Source: Octopus vulgaris (lineage: Eukaryota). From it: a DNA stretch of 64,000 nt. The translations under genes and the position numbers were made by a program. The notes beneath the pieces were generated by a model. That model had not been told where the DNA came from. It made no database searches and was given only the letters and a program-made list of their open reading frames with translations. Every line of letters starts with the position of its first letter. Position 1 is the first letter of the stretch. Shown piece after piece: positions 24,676-39,441 of this stretch. The DNA is taken from positions 45,694,001 to 45,758,000 of the forward strand of contig OX597820.1 of the NCBI GenBank assembly GCA_951406725.2, read 5' to 3'.

Positions 24676-25291
24676 AAGGCATGAACATACGGGGTAGCTG
24701 CCCAAGGGCCTAACGGGCTTAGGGGTCCAATTCTAATATATGTGTTGTGGCTGGTTGTCAATGGATAAATACTATAAAACTCAGTGCATTGATTTGCTCA
24801 GGTACTTATAATACTGTTAAGACGCCCTTGTCGACACTTGCAGGGAACATATGAGCAAATAGAAGAATTCCAGAGAAATGACGTTCAATGGAGGAAAAAG
24901 AAATGGGCTTTGTGGTTAGTGAAAGAATCGAGGCTTTGGAAGCAAAATGAACGATGGGAAAAGTAGAGCTTGGAAGTACATCAGTGGAGAGGACACGAAA
25001 CCAGAAAGCTTCGAAGAACAGAAGTTATTATAGTAGCAGTACACAAGGAAGAGAGAGAGAAAGAAAGAGAGAGAGAGAGAGGCTGAAACTTGTAGTTATC
25101 TATCTGCACATTCACAACGTGCGTATAAGTATGCGTTTTTCTTATATATATTGATGTGTTATATTGATATATTCATGATAATTTAATTGCTAACGATTTA
25201 TTTCTAAGCCAAATAAAATAAACTTAACACTCAAAGTTCTGAATGATGTAGAAAATAAAAATATAGTCAACCACGAGATATTACGTGTGAG

Positions 25292-25331
<40 letters not shown>

Positions 25332-25380
25332 ATCCATCCATCCATCCATCCATCCATACATACATACATACATACATACA

Positions 25381-25411
<31 letters not shown>

Positions 25412-25668
25412 GTATAAATCTTAGAAAAAAAAACAAACACACAGAACCGTATGAAATTCAGCTACCCAGGGTTTCTTGGTCGGAATATCAAATTGCTAGC
25501 CCACCATGTTGAAATAGCCAACTTAAGAAATGGTGAAATAAATTTTATATTCTTTCCAGGAAACCCTTGGTAACTGAATTACCCATGTGTTTTTTTTTGT
25601 GCGGTTTTTATCAATAACATCTTTTAGTTCTTAACTGATCGAGTGCTCTACTACTTCTTCATACCGCA

Positions 25669-25741
<73 letters not shown>

Positions 25742-25754
25742 ACACACATACACA

Positions 25755-26316
25755 CGAGGTCTGATCAAAAAGTATCGGAAATGTTACTAATAGCAACAAA
25801 TCTAAAGCACGCAAAGTGAAGCCGTTTGACACAGATTGACCGTGAACACTGTCGCACATGCACGCTTAGCTATAAAGTTCTTGCTCACTTTCGCTGTTCA
25901 TAGCTTTGAAGTAAAGTGTACAGAGTGTGGTCGCCTCAAAAAGAGGATCAAATTTTTGTTGCGCAGTTTCTCCTTGGTTGTTTCGAGGAAATGAAAGCTT
26001 TTTGGAAACGGTCATAACAGGTAATAAATTGTCCGTCAATAGCTATGACTCCAAAACTAAGGCAAAAATCAATTCCCACTCGAAAGAAACGAGAATTCAA
26101 GACATCAAGGAAATCCAAGAGAATGCGATAAGGCAGCTAGCTGCTCGCTTTCCCAAAAATGGAATCCCAAGAATGTTTCTATCGATGGAAACGACTCTGA
26201 ATAAGGCGTGTGGCTTTGGAAGAGGAATACTTCAAAGGAGATTAAATACTGAATTGATATGGGTCGTAGTTTTTCTTTTTATAGTACCAGTCCCGATACT
26301 TTTTGATCAGATCTCG
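25755..26316 (+). mobile_element. Internally deleted mariner (DD34D-type) remnant
   Basis: TIRs CGAGGTCTGATCAAAAAGTATCGG / CCGATACTTTTTGATCAGATCTCG; remnants FLETVITG..YDSKTK and RIQDIKEIQEN. Confidence 0.75.
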
Positions 26317-26654
26317 TTGGCTTGAATGATTTGCCATATTCGTTTTGCTCTCTGAGTTCAAATCCCGTCAATATCAACTTTGCCTTTCATCCTTTCTAGG
26401 TCGATAAAGTTTGCAAATTTGGAGTAATTTTAGCCATTAGAAAGCAACAGATACCTTGAAGCCTGTGTCCACAGTAACAAGCTAAGCTGCAGTCTTCTTT
26501 GACGAGTGTCTAATTTCAGAACTTTCGTTTTTGAATTTTCGCTACAAAAAAGGTTTTTATTGTTTACATGAGATGAACTTTTGGAATTTTTTCACAAAAA
26601 TATTTTATAGGGGATTTTTTTCTTTTTTAATTGTTTACATGCCTGTTCAACCGT

Positions 26655-26790
26655 TTCGGCCTTAACCTTAATCCTGCACCCTGACCCTAATTCTAGCCCT
26701 TAACTTCAACCCTATCTCTAACCCCTAACACTAAACACTAGCTCTAACTCTAATCCCTAATTCTAACCCTAAACCCCTACCTTAACGTAC
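26655..26790 (+). repeat. Degenerate (TAACCC)n tract inside a dispersed repeat (opposite-strand relative at ~16086-16130)
   Basis: Imperfect CCCTAA/CCTTAA/CTCTAA units. Confidence 0.6.
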
Positions 26791-27471
26791 AGTTTGTTTG
26801 TTTTATAATTTTGTAAAAAAAAAAGAAATTGTTGAGGCTTTTTTTTTCCTTTTAAAATTTTTAACATGCCTGTTCGAGCGTTTCACGTTGCTTTATTCAT
26901 TAAAACTTATTAAAACCTCAAAATTTCTTACAACTTTCGTTGTCGTAATGTTTTGCTTCCATTTTGTTTAATAAAAATTCGTCTTTGTAATGTTTTGCTT
27001 TTATTTTGCAATGGACACATATGCAGAAAATGTCATCTTCCAAATCTCGTTTACTGATTGGATAAAAATGAACAAACTTTAAACCTCTGTAGCAGTTTCT
27101 AAAGTTTTTTTCTGGAACAAGTGAATTTAGATTCAGAGTGAAAGATTACATCAATATACCAAACTTGAAAATTTTCACTTAATTTAAAATTTCAAAAACT
27201 ATAACAGCAACAGAAAAGATCACAGAAGACTAAAGGGAAAGAGAAAAATAAAGGGCGAGAAGAGAGAGAGAAAAAAAAGAAAGAGAGAGGTGGGCAGATG
27301 AAAGAAGAAAGAAAACGTAAAAGGCGGGGAGTTATGTAAACAGGAAGATTTGGTTAGGTAATACTTTAGGTATCTGTAAACAGGAAAGGAGAAGGATTAA
27401 GGTGAGAGATGAGGGTCAAACAATGAGTGAATAAAAGCTAAGTGTAAAGAAAGGAAGGAGAATAACTAATA

Positions 27472-27981
27472 CGGTACCGGATCACTTATCCGGCTTCCAG
27501 AAATCCGGAAATACTGTGCAATACTGCAGCCTGTATTGAGTAAACAGACCGTGATTTTGAAGTTGCTTCATTTGTAAGGTGTATAAAAAATAGTTATTTT
27601 CTTTACTTCTTTTAAGTGGGTTGATAACGATTAAACCCACTTAAAAGTGTGTTAGAAGTGTGTTAATTCATATCAGTATTTGTTTAACAAAATCAAGTTC
27701 TTTACTTTTCTTCGCTTAATTTTCAAACTACAGACATAAAATTGTACACATGATACAATAAGATTTAAAATTTAAGAATTTTAGGTGAACTGATAAATAT
27801 CTAACAGACCCTGCTTCAGAAGTGTATTAATTTGAATCTGTTAAGCATGTTTTTGCTCATTATTTTTCATAGTTTATTTCGTATTTTAAGTATATATTTA
27901 GCTTGTCTTCAGAAAACCGGAGAATCCAAAAATCTGGGACACTTTCTGTCCCAACCATGCCGGTTAATTGGCCCTGTACTG
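27472..27981. mobile_element. Candidate pogo/Tigger-like MITE
   Basis: TA|CGGTACC...GTACTG termini with subterminal TCCGG repeats at both ends. Confidence 0.4.
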
Positions 27982-28609
27982 TTATAGGGAAAGAAAATAT
28001 CGTGGTTTCGTGAAAGATTGCATTATATAAGTTCACAGAGAGAAGAACCGATAAGAAGTTGCTGGCTTGCGTAACAGACGATGAAAGAGGTGGAAGAAAA
28101 CTTTAGAGTGGGTAATTTCAAGTAAGAAGAGATAAAGAAAAAAACTAAGAAAGAGATAAGGGAGACAGTGATATAACAGAGAGTGAGTGTGTAATTGATT
28201 GATTTATAAGACAGACAGACAGACAGATAGCTAGTAAGCTCGACAGATAAGGAAGCAAACAGGACATGGATGTAAAAATGTAGAGAAAGGAAGTTAAGGG
28301 AAAAGGACAGAGCGTGTAAGAAAAGAAGAATAACCAAAGAGTCAAGCGAAATGATTGATGAAGACCAACTTTTGTAACAATAATACTTGGAAAAAGAGAA
28401 AGAGGGCACAGTTGGAAAAGATGGGAAATGAAAGAAGCGGTTAAAATAATGATTTCTGAACTGAAATGGGCCAATATGAATTGTTTTTAACGACTATAGA
28501 TATTTTGTAAACATTTTAAAGTGTTTTCTAGACAATGTGTTTTATTTAACGAGCTAGCTTTCCATAGTTTGCGTGGTCTTGTCTTTGTATACTAGTGACA
28601 TGAATCACG

Positions 28610-28734
<125 letters not shown>

Positions 28735-29447
28735 AACACAGAGGAGAAAGAGAGAAACACAAACAGACAGACAAAGACAGTGACAGACAGATGGACGGAC
28801 GGAGAGAAAGACAGAGAGGGATAATGCGAAGGAAACTGAGTGGGATATACGAGTGAGAAAGATGATTAGATGTTATAGTCGTTATATGAAATAAGGGAAG
28901 AGAAAGAGAAGACAGGAAAAAAACTTGAGAGAAATAGAGTTATGAGTCAGGATAATGACAGAGAGAGAGGGGGGAATATGTGAGTGATTGAGAGGTTAGA
29001 GAGTAAGAAGTGAGAAAAAATGAGTGTGTACTGGCAATGTTTTAATGTAGGGAACCAACGAGAGTAGGAACACACACAGACATAGAGAGTGGCCTCATGT
29101 CAGAGTTATTATTGTTGTAGAGACTAAGGTCAACTCTGATCAAGGTGACCTAATATCACTTGCATTCCAGTTGTGATAATGCTCAGGGTGCGTAAGCCAG
29201 CATTTGGCCTGCGTGTTCTTTCTCAAACCAGCAGGGTATGATTTGAATGAAATTTGGGTTCTGTTTCTAGCAACCCGAGTGACCGCTATGGGTCCGTATG
29301 TGCAGTCACGTGTTGTATGTAATCAAGAAGATAAGCCCATACGTATTTGCCTGGTCAGCTTAGCTTAGTAACAAACACGCCCGCGTGCCGAATATATACG
29401 GCTTGGTGAGACAAGCAGGATAAACAGAACTCAATGCATGAGAATAT

Positions 29448-29719
29448 CACGTGACCTCTTTTTTTTCTGACCAACCAGACCATCAGATGTAGTTACACAT
29501 CGCTGGTCACAATGCGTTCGCATTGTTTTAGCCTTCGAATGACGCCACCCCGCTGGCTAAGCGAGAAAGAGTGGTGAAAGAGTACAGCAGGGATCACCAC
29601 CCCCTGCTGGAGCTCGTGGAGCTTTTAGGTGTTTTCGCTCAATAAACACTCACAACGCCCGGTCTGGGAATCGAAACCGCGAGTCCGCTGCCCTAACCAC
29701 TAGGCCATTGCGCCTCCAC
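29448..29719 (-). mobile_element. tRNA-derived SINE family C with 12-bp TSD
   Basis: Minus head GTGGAGGCGCAATGGCCTAGTGGTTAGGGCAGCGG...GGTTTCGATTCCC (A/B boxes); TSD GCATGAGAATAT at 29436-29447 and 29720-29731. Confidence 0.85.
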
Positions 29720-30729
29720 GCATGAGAATATATATTCTTTAATCAGCAGTAAGTTACAAAAGTGACTCAAAGACCGCGAGTTCAGAAGTACCATGTCCGA
29801 AAGTTACTGGTTCTTGAGTCATTTGTGTATAACTTTCTACCGATTGTGGCTATGTGGTAAGAAGTTTGCTTCCCAACCACACGGTTCCGTGTTCAATCCC
29901 TTTGCGTGGAAACTTGGGCAAGAATCTTCAAGGATCTTTACCTTTTGACCGGCAGATTTAGAAAATATTTTTTTGTAACTAAACACTTTCAAACTTCGTA
30001 TACTGGTAGAATGTGTTATATAAAATATCTTTTAACTCTTAGCGCTTTTGAGAAAAGTTTATATTAACGTAGTTATTTCGTTTTAAAGTTGTCGTATTTC
30101 GGTTATTTCAACCAATCAATGACGAGTATTCAGCTGAATAAAATCAACAACAACAAAATGACCAAGTGTTGCATCACGAGAATAATGATGTGTGAATAAT
30201 GAAAGTAATGTTTCTTCGAATTACTCACATCTTTACTATAATAAAGAAAGCTGCTTATCATCTATCTACTAAATAAACTATGTTTTTGGCACAATAACTG
30301 ATTTTTTACTATTGAAATGACCTTGGAAACGAGGTCGGGCCACACAATTTTCAGGTCATTTTCGGGCAATATTTCGATACTGTCGTCACATGCGGTGGGG
30401 ATGGGGGGAAAATTAAAATTTTGAAAACATGATTTCTGGGCAAAATCGTATTAACCTCCTTTTATACGATCACATAGTTTATGATCCTTCTAAAGAACAG
30501 AAAGCACTTTCATGCAAACCCATGCAAATTGTACCCTCCCCTACTTTACTTTGAAACAAACAATGGTTTCCATTATACCAGTAATCCAGTTTACTATATA
30601 TGAACTGTGCCGATTCTGCCCATAAGAAAGGAACAAATAATACAATGTGGCTGTAGGGCATAACATCCGGATGTATTGCTTGTGTGTGTGTGTATACAGA
30701 GAGAGAGAAAGGCAGGCAGACAGAGAGTA

Positions 30730-30774
<45 letters not shown>

Positions 30775-31545
30775 TTTGTTCCACCTGCCTGACATGGACT
30801 TTCGGGCGGTAAGAGATTTCCACACAGTTCCAGTAGAGTCACGATCCTTGTCATAAGTCTGCTCTTAGGTGAGGCCTATATTTGTTAGGTCCGTCTCCAT
30901 AGTCCTCAACCGAGGCTTCACAAGTCACCCTCGCATTCTACGTCTCCTACGCCTCTCTGGTTTCAGTTCGAGAAAGGCTATCATCGAACTTGCCATGGTT
31001 ATACTTATCCCGTTGGTTACTCAACCTGGCTATTTTCTTTGACGTCTTCATTCGTGATGTTGTCGCACCAAGAAATTCTACGCATGGTTCTAAGGTAATG
31101 TATGTTGAAGACATTTGAATTTCCGTAGATTTGGTGGTCCCTTTCCACGTTTCACAGGTATAAGTGGCTGCCGGCATGACGATGGATCTCTATATAAGTA
31201 GTTTGGTGTCTTGGTTAATGGAAGAGTTGAGCCACACAGACATCAAGTGCTAGAAGACAGCTGTAATTTTGCCGAGTCATTTCTCCACGTTACTTTCCGT
31301 ACTTCCATCTTGAGCGATGTTACTGCTCAGATAAGGCAGGAACTCATCGATTTCCAGCAGAACTTGCTGCTGTGCCACACCAATAATCCCCACTTTCGTC
31401 TTTGCATTACTGATCTGAAGCCGTCCCTTGTTCTACTTTTTGCAGAGACTTGCAGTCATGCCTTGCGTTATCGTAGGTGTTGTGCAGAGGAGTCCCGGAT
31501 CGTCGGCAAAGTCAAGGTCTATGAGCCTTCCTTGTTATCATTTGA
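30775..31545 (-). mobile_element. RTE-clade LINE, degenerate fragment
   Basis: Minus-strand motifs DLDFADD (~31500-31520) and LYRSIVMPAATYTCETW; frameshifted. Confidence 0.7.
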
Positions 31546-32021
31546 TGTCACGTTTACATTACAGAAAACTATTTTCAAGAAGATATATTTATTGAAGTTG
31601 GTTAGGAAGCGAAGATCTATGCCCATGAATATCGGAGTGGAATTGAAAATGGTAGTGGTGTACATTAGTGCGAACACTGTCAGAGCTGGCCGTCTGTGTC
31701 TAACTTCACCCTCCACCTTGGCTCCCGGGCAAAAAATTATATAGTTTTAAATACATCTCAAGAGTAATGCTTGCAGGCAAACTAATGAACAGAATCGGCT
31801 GCGTCTTCTTTTTATACGTGTTGTTCGAGAATCCGGATGAGGTTACGTTTAACTTATTCCCGCTATAGCGGGAATACGGCAAGACAGGGCCAACACTTTT
31901 TTCCTTATTTGCTGCTTAAAATACATATTACAAAAGATGCAGAATAAGAATAATACAAATGAGGATCATTTTATTTCCTATATGACTAGTTAGCAAGGAG
32001 ATTTCTTTTATAATTAACAAC

Positions 32022-32400
32022 AGGTGCAGGCTAGGCTGTGTTGTTCAGAAGCATGTTTCTCAATTATGTGGTCTTCGGTTCAGGCCCATTGCACAGAATC
32101 TTGGACAAGTGTCTTCTAGCACAGCACCGAGTCGACTAAAGCCTTCGGACGAAAACTGAAAAGAAGCTTGTCTTGTATGTGTGTATCTTTATATTTGTTC
32201 GCCCTCCCACCGCTTGACAACCGATATTAGTTTGTTTACGTCCCAGTGACTTAGAGGTTTGGCAAAAAGAGACCGATAGATAATTACCAGACTTACATAT
32301 AAGTACTGGGGTCGATTTATTAACTGAACCCTTCAAGGCAGTGCCCCAGCTTGGTTGCAACCCACTAACTGAAACAAGTGAAAGGTAAAACGGAAAGATA
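32022..32400 (+). mobile_element. SINE family B, degenerate
   Basis: Head and tail similarity to B consensus. Confidence 0.65.
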
Positions 32401-32639
32401 AAATATATCCTTGTGGTTAGTGATACAACCTATGGCGAGCCAATCCCAACGCCTTACTGTATTTGACTACATCCCTTTACCTTCTGACTTCAAATTTCCT
32501 CGAGTTCAACTTTACCTGAGTCCATCCAAAATCGATAAAATAAGTATCACTAACAAGCATGTGTGTCTGTATAATCGATTGTTGCACCAACCTAAATCTA
32601 CATCAATCCCAGAATTAATTCATTATTATCTTCAAGAAA

Positions 32640-32940
32640 GCAACGAACGAGCAGAATCGTCAGCACGCCGGGCAAAATGCTTAACGGCATTTTGTCTGTC
32701 TTTACGTTCTGAGTTCAAATTCCGCCGAGGTCGACTTTGCCTTTCATCCTTTCGGGGTAGATTAAATAAGTACTAGTTACGCACTGGGGTCGATATAATC
32801 GACTTAATCCATTTGTCTGTCCTCGTTTGTCCTCTCTATGTTTAGCCCCTTGTGGGTAGTAAAGAAATAGGCATTTTGTCTGTCTTTATGTTCTGAGTTC
32901 AAGTTCTGCCGAGGATAACTTTGCCTTTCATCCTTTCGGG
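32640..32940 (+). mobile_element. SINE A1 plus the start of a second tandem unit
   Basis: Junction AAAGAAATAGG|CATTTTGTC at ~32870. Confidence 0.8.
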
Positions 32941-32977
32941 CTGGATGAAAAACACTCCAGCCCATGTGCCACGCACC

Positions 32978-33058
<81 letters not shown>

Positions 33059-33517
33059 ACTATTAAGTTCATCCGGCTGAGTCAGCGTTTACCACGTATT
33101 GTGTTAGGAAATGCGTTGTTGTGATTTTTATTGCTGTTGATGTACTAACTACGTCATTTTGCTTGGTGAACATTTTCCACACACATTCTTCTATTTTTGG
33201 TAGGCGATGAGCGAATTTTTTAACCTCTAATAGGAGGGAAAAGAACATAGCTTATTTCCCAATTATGTAATGCAGACGAATCTAACTCAGTCTTGATGCG
33301 ATTGTACTAAGATCGATTGAGCTATAAATGTCGGTGTGGGCGAGGAATATATATTGGAGGACAAAAATGTAGAAAAGTAAATGATTTGGACAAAAAAAAA
33401 AACTTTTACGGAAGGAAACAGTCAGTCAAATCCTTGTTGTATCACTTCTCTATTAGGTAATGATAGCTATTTTGAAAGTTCACCGATCAACTATTATACC
33501 CGCCTCATGTATGTAAT

Positions 33518-34911
33518 TTTGAGTGGCCCAAAAGTTGGTTTACAGTTATTCAACTACCTCTTTCACATTCATATATTAGCAGTTTAGATCTTAATTATAA
33601 AAAAATATGAAATCATTATTCTATGCTAATTTAGTTAATTTTGTCAAGCTCGCTTTTCAGGTTGTAATTGTTTATTTTTATTTTTATTTTTTACAGGTGC
33701 TGTAAAGTGTGAGCCAAGGCAAATAATTTAAATCAAGAGCAAAGAAAGTGGATACTAAAGTAGTATTGGAAGTCTGAAAACGCGGAACAGGTGCGCACAG
33801 CATGGCAAGAAGCCTTTCACACTGCGTACCTTCACGTCTGGCAATTTATCGGATAAGAAATAAGTTTGATGCTACAGGTTCAGTGAGTAATGCACGAAAA
33901 TTTGGATGCCCTAAGACTTCTGTGACTGAAAAAAATGAGATGTTAGTGGCTATGACATTTGTGAACAGTCCAAAGAAGTCCACACGGCGTGCTTCTCTAG
34001 AACTATCCATACTAAAAACATCATTGGAATGCCTAATGCATAAGCTGAAATTAAAACCTTTCCGTCCACGACTGGTACATGATCTTTTAGAGGATGACCC
34101 AGATCGCCGGCTGCAATTCTGCGAAATAATGCGTGACCAAATTGCTAATGAGCAACCAGACTATCTGGATAAGATCATCTGGTCAGATGAGGCTTGCTTC
34201 AAATTATCCGGTCATGTAAACAGGCATAACTGCGTGTATTGACCTGATGAAAATCCCATTTGACCATGGAATCTCAACTGAACCAGCCTGTCGTTACAGG
34301 TTGGGGTGCACTCTCAAGCGAAAGTGATATCGGACCCGTTTTCTCTGATAGAACTGTAAATGGAGAGAGCTACTTGGAAATGCTTCGTGACGTGGTAGTA
34401 CCACAACTCAGAACCAAAGCTAACTTTGATGAACTGTTCTCTCAGCAAGGTGAAGCGCCTCCACATTTTGCGTTGACAGTAAGAAACTACCTTAACCAAG
34501 CCCTTCCACAGCGTTGGCTTGGAAGACAGAGCAGCATCGAATGGCCACCACGTTCACCTGACCTGACACCAACGGATTTCTTTTTTTGGCGGGGTGGGGG
34601 GTTATAAAGAACAAGGTTTATGAGAAGAATCCCAAAAAAGTAAATGAATTAAAAGATTACATTTCTAACTCATTCACTGAAATTGATGGAGAATTTGTGT
34701 CGTACTGTGTGTCAGTGTGTTCTGAAGAGGTTTGAAGAATGTTGCAATGTTGAAGGAGGGCATTTTGAGCATCTGGGAGATTAAACATTGTCTGTTTAAG
34801 ATGTGCATAAACAATATGATTGTAATCTAGAAATTTAAATGTAACAAAATGTTTTAAAAGAAATTTAAAATACCTACGTGATTACTGTAAAACTAATTTT
34901 GAATCACCTTG
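33518..34911 (+). mobile_element. Tc1/mariner-superfamily DD41D (rosa/Visitor-type) transposon, transposase pseudogene ~33720-34785
   Basis: KFDATGSV, WSDEACFKLSGHVNRHNC, QQ(G)EAPPH-41 aa-WPPRSPDLTPTDFFFW; stops and frameshifts; degenerate TIRs, TA at 34912. Confidence 0.85.
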
Positions 34912-34922
34912 TAGTTTATATA

Positions 34923-35136
34923 CGAGGGGATGCTGAAAAATTCTTGACTTTGGATAAAAGAAAATACAGGAAGATCAGTTAATTATGATTTTATTCAACA
35001 TATTCCTCTCTCAGATTCACACATTGCAGCGGTCCTGCAGTTTTTCTAAGCGCTGTAAAAGAACTCGGAAGGTTGGGCTTCCAGCCAGGATCTTTCGCAA
35101 TACCCATAAAGCCAGGAACTTTTCAGCATCCCCTCG
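34923..35136. mobile_element. Mariner-type MITE (214 bp)
   Basis: TA|CGAGGGGATGCTGAAAA ... TTTTCAGCATCCCCTCG TIRs. Confidence 0.8.
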
Positions 35137-35729
35137 TTCTAATCCTTTAGTAAATAAACACAAGGAATTTGTGCGGCTTTATGCTACCCTGACAGTGCTA
35201 ATAAGGGTTTAGCATTGTGAAAAAGAGAGCATGTGGCAAAGGCGCTGGTAATATAGTTTTCTAGATTCATATGAGACATGATAAGAACATCAAGAAATAC
35301 GAAGACAAGTTAAAGCTGACTGCTACATTTATTTCGCCACTAAAAGAAAATACAGCGACTGGTACACACGGATATTTCTGTTAATGAAAATACATAGGTT
35401 CACTGTGCTTCTTGTTCATGTTGAGGTGCGCGGGAAAATCACAAAGCATGATGACAAGAAAATCTCCTGACAATTCTCTCCTCATTGAAGCTGCGAAGCG
35501 GAATAAAACTGCTCTCATACCGAAGATCCAAACTCGCTCGTGACGACACCACACTGAGGGATTAACAGTAAAAGCTTCCCATACATAGCTGATGTTGGCA
35601 CGCTTGGCTAGTTTAGCACGTTAAGGTGTGGACAGCCCGGGTAAAGCTAGATGGACTCGACCATCATGTGATGAGCCAAAATGTGGGTACCTAAATGTAA
35701 AGAGCGAACATGCTTGCTAGAAGGGTTTC

Positions 35730-35943
35730 AAATTCTGGTTACAAGGCCATCAACTTATTGGGGTCGGGATTTAGCCGATTATATCGATTTCAGTACTTGA
35801 CTGGTACAATATTTTCTCGACTTCGAAGAGACGGAAAACAAAGTCAACCTCAGCGGAATTTGAACTCAGAACTTAAAGAACCAGAAGAAATGCCGCTAAG
35901 CATTTTGTCCGACTTGCTAACGATTCTGCTAGCTCGCCGCCTT
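35730..35943 (-). mobile_element. SINE family A2
   Basis: Degenerate reverse-complement match to family A. Confidence 0.65.
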
Positions 35944-36231
35944 AATGTCAGTGCTAAAATATTGAATTCTTCTGTTGGCGCAGATTTGGAGTGGCATACA
36001 ATCGATTTATATTGTCGCCCTGGAGGTACGAAAGGTAAATTCGTTCCCACCGTGATTTGAACTCATAACCTAAAGGGGCATAGATAAATACTGTAAGACA
36101 CTGAGATTGCCCTACACATATTCTGCCCCCAACGACATCGACATGTTAATCATAAAATATAATCTGCCCGCTAACTGGTCACAAAGGAAATGAAATGTGT
36201 GTCATATTTATTACATTTCTTTTGTGCATAT

Positions 36232-36270
<39 letters not shown>

Positions 36271-39200
36271 CTTTCGTGTTTATGTAAAGAATCAAAAAGA
36301 AAAACGAAAACATTTCATTAGTCATAATTTTATCTCGTGGCATACCAAAATTAACAATTTTCAATTCCAATTCTTTTCTTGTCGATATAAACCGCCACTG
36401 GCTTAAGAATTCCAATAAATATTCAGCTGAAAATTGTTATCTGTAACTTTTAAATAGCGATAAGTATTCTCTTCCTCCTTCTCTCTCTCCCCACTCCCTT
36501 CTCTCTCTCACATGTACTAAAAAATGAATTGCAATAAATAAGGAATAAATAAGGAATAAATACCCAGGAATAAATAGTTTCTGTATGATTGTGACAGATT
36601 CCGCAGAGTACTGGTAAAGGGATTAGATAGCTTCTGTAGAGTATCAGTAGAGGGATTAAACAGCTTGAAAACTGGACGTGTTAGAATAGATTGATCAATA
36701 TTTCAGTGGACAAAGACAAGCAGACGATAGTATTTTTGTCATGTATTCAGGTTGGGTATGTAACACAAACGTGAATCTTCTACCCAAAATAAATCAATGA
36801 AACATCTGATGTATCCACGAAGTTAATCCCAACACCCATACAGAAGAAAATAAAATATGGCAGGGTCGATTTGGTTATTTCTGATGACCCGAACCAGATT
36901 GATTTTTCAATAGTGTTTGCGAATTAACAATTTTCCATTGTGGATGCATTTATTATAAGCTGCTGGGAAATTGTTTTGGAAATAGAACAAGGCTGGTAGA
37001 TAAGAGAGCGAGGATATTTTATTGATGCAGACACCGTTACAAGAAGAAATAAAGGAAAATGCATTACTTATTTCCAAGTATACTGACAATAATTTCAATT
37101 TTGTAAGAAGGTAAAGGAAAGAAAAAAGAAAGAAAAATAGAACAGACTGAGGTGAAGACGTTGAGCTGCTGAACACACGGTTAAGAGTTCAAACCTTAGT
37201 ATTTCAACCATCATTACGTTGTATCCCTAATGAAGAGCTGTAACTCAACTTGGCTCAGTTCGCACGGTTGAGCTAAAATTACAGCTAGGTGATTTGTCTT
37301 TTAATTATTCCAATATAATTTAATGTCATCAAATACAATAACACTGTTTATTAGCTCAATAGATGGTCGATTCATATGCCAGAAATCTTAATGTCAAGGA
37401 CAGTAACAACACATTTCTTTAACTGATAATTTCTAGTGGGATTTTTGTCTCCCTCCCCACAACAGAACCAGACTAAAAATGTTTTCAGCGGGCTTCCGCT
37501 ACATTATCATCTAGTGACAGACTAGATGAGAGAGGGAAAGAGAGAGAGAGAGAGAGGGGGTGCTTTGCAAAAAGTGAAAGTAATACCAAGAGTGGAAGTA
37601 TTCCAAAGAGTTTCAAGTACTTTAAAGCTCTCTTTCTTAGAATTCAAAAAGCTATTCGTATCCTTTTATCGTCTGGATAATGTTTACAACGAATTCCTGA
37701 ATTATTTTGTTAATGTCACTGCTGCTACCGTTGCTGATATCATTATTGGCCGAACTGTTTTTTCCCCCTCGACGCTTTCACTCATCCTGTCAATTTTCCT
37801 TCGAATTGTATCCTGCCATCTTAAAAACGGATGAACATATTGAATAAAGTGATCCAGAATGTATTATTCCAGTAAAGAATACTGCTACCACAGTAAAAAG
37901 GATAATATTCTATTAAAGCAGTAATGGGGTTGATTTAATTGCTGTCACAAAATCGGTCCTCACGACGTAAAGGCTCATGGGATTCTGCATCATTATAAAA
38001 GATAGGGATTTCAAACTTTGACATGAACACACTTGACCGAATCCCAATGACCACGACTAGAATGCCATTCGAACAATGTAGCTAGTTCGATTACCACATA
38101 ATCATATTTATCTGTAGATAAATAAGATTACGTGGTGTAGTGAGTTCTAGAATCGAACTTAAAATTCTCATTGGGGACCATGTGTAGGTCACGCTGTCCT
38201 GATTATCAACCAATCAGCCTGCAGCTATATCATGTCATATAATGAATTTCGTCAATACTGTCCTTGAAGTTCCCGTGCTTTTCTCAGTTTTAAAGCGGCC
38301 ACCAGAGAACACATATTCTCACCTCTCGCCTCAAGCAAGTCAGAGCGCGACCTAGTATAGCAGAAACAAAGTCGAATTTTCCTTTGCTAAATCTAACTAG
38401 AAAGGAACTTTTCACGATTGCTGACGAACTCTTTCCTGCTTCTCGAGACTTACTAATCATTACTATGCATATTTGTCATACTGAAGTTCGTTTCTGGTCT
38501 CGCTACATTAGCACCAGCAACCATAAACTTATATTCAATTGTTCTCTTCTTCAATAAATCTTACAATAAAAATATACAGCTATGTTCGCATCTGTTTATC
38601 ATGGTATAACACGCAGCCGGAACAATAACTAATAGCTCACCAGTAAATCTCAGAAATTGACGAAAACATATCCTTTCCGACGCGATTGTGGTAATCGATC
38701 CTCAGGTAAATATCTAATACAGAACACTTGACTGAGAGTTGCAGTTACCATTTCCAGCCATTGGTAGAACACGATGTCAGAAGACTAGCTGCACTGATTA
38801 GGTAGGAGTGGTTTCGTGACAGACTCTTGAAATGAAGAAGTATTTCCTTAAATCACACTACTCTCGATAAGATCGTTTTGAATATATAAAAAGATAGAAT
38901 TTTCATGGATGCAACGCTTTTAAATGTAGGTTTACGCTTTTTGTATTGACTTGGAGCTAATCGGCTACGACAACAAACAAACGAGGGAGATTATATATGC
39001 TCACGATCTTCTAAAAAAAAAAAAATAGCTGTTAAATTTCTCTCAAGTCCACCACCACCGCTTATCACCAAAACTTAGCCATTCGGCATAAGACACAGAA
39101 AGAATAAGTATCAGGCTTAAACATAAGTACTTGTGGTCTATTCGTTCGGCTAAAACCCGTCAATGCAGTGATACAGCAATGGCTGAAACAAGTAAAAGAT

Positions 39201-39441
39201 GTATTAGATCTCAGCAAATAACGATGAGTAAGGGTTCTACAAACTAACGAAGGAGACCCTCTCAACGTGGTTCCTCAATCTTCTAGAAATAATAGCCAAA
39301 TCTTTCTCAATTCGCTCCCTGCTGTATTAAATAAAGCACTAAATCGTTGGATAATGTAGTTCCAGGCATAGCCTTAAAAAAGATAGGCTAGTGACGGCTA
39401 GAATGCTTTTTGATTATATATATATATATATATCTGCTGGA

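Noticed and set aside
26655-26790. Telomere or chromosome-fusion relic
   Set aside because: Short, degenerate and embedded in a dispersed repeat
29640-29719. tRNA gene
   Set aside because: The A/B boxes belong to a SINE head; the anticodon arm is incomplete and a TSD flanks the whole element
36870-37295. CTGATGA at ~36881 and CTAATGAAGAGC hairpin at ~37227; possible old Penelope remnant
   Set aside because: No complete core or stem arrangement; protein similarity too weak to call
38077-38620. Solo LTR-like segment (TGTAGC start, AATAAA near the end)
   Set aside because: The 3' terminus and TSD could not be defined
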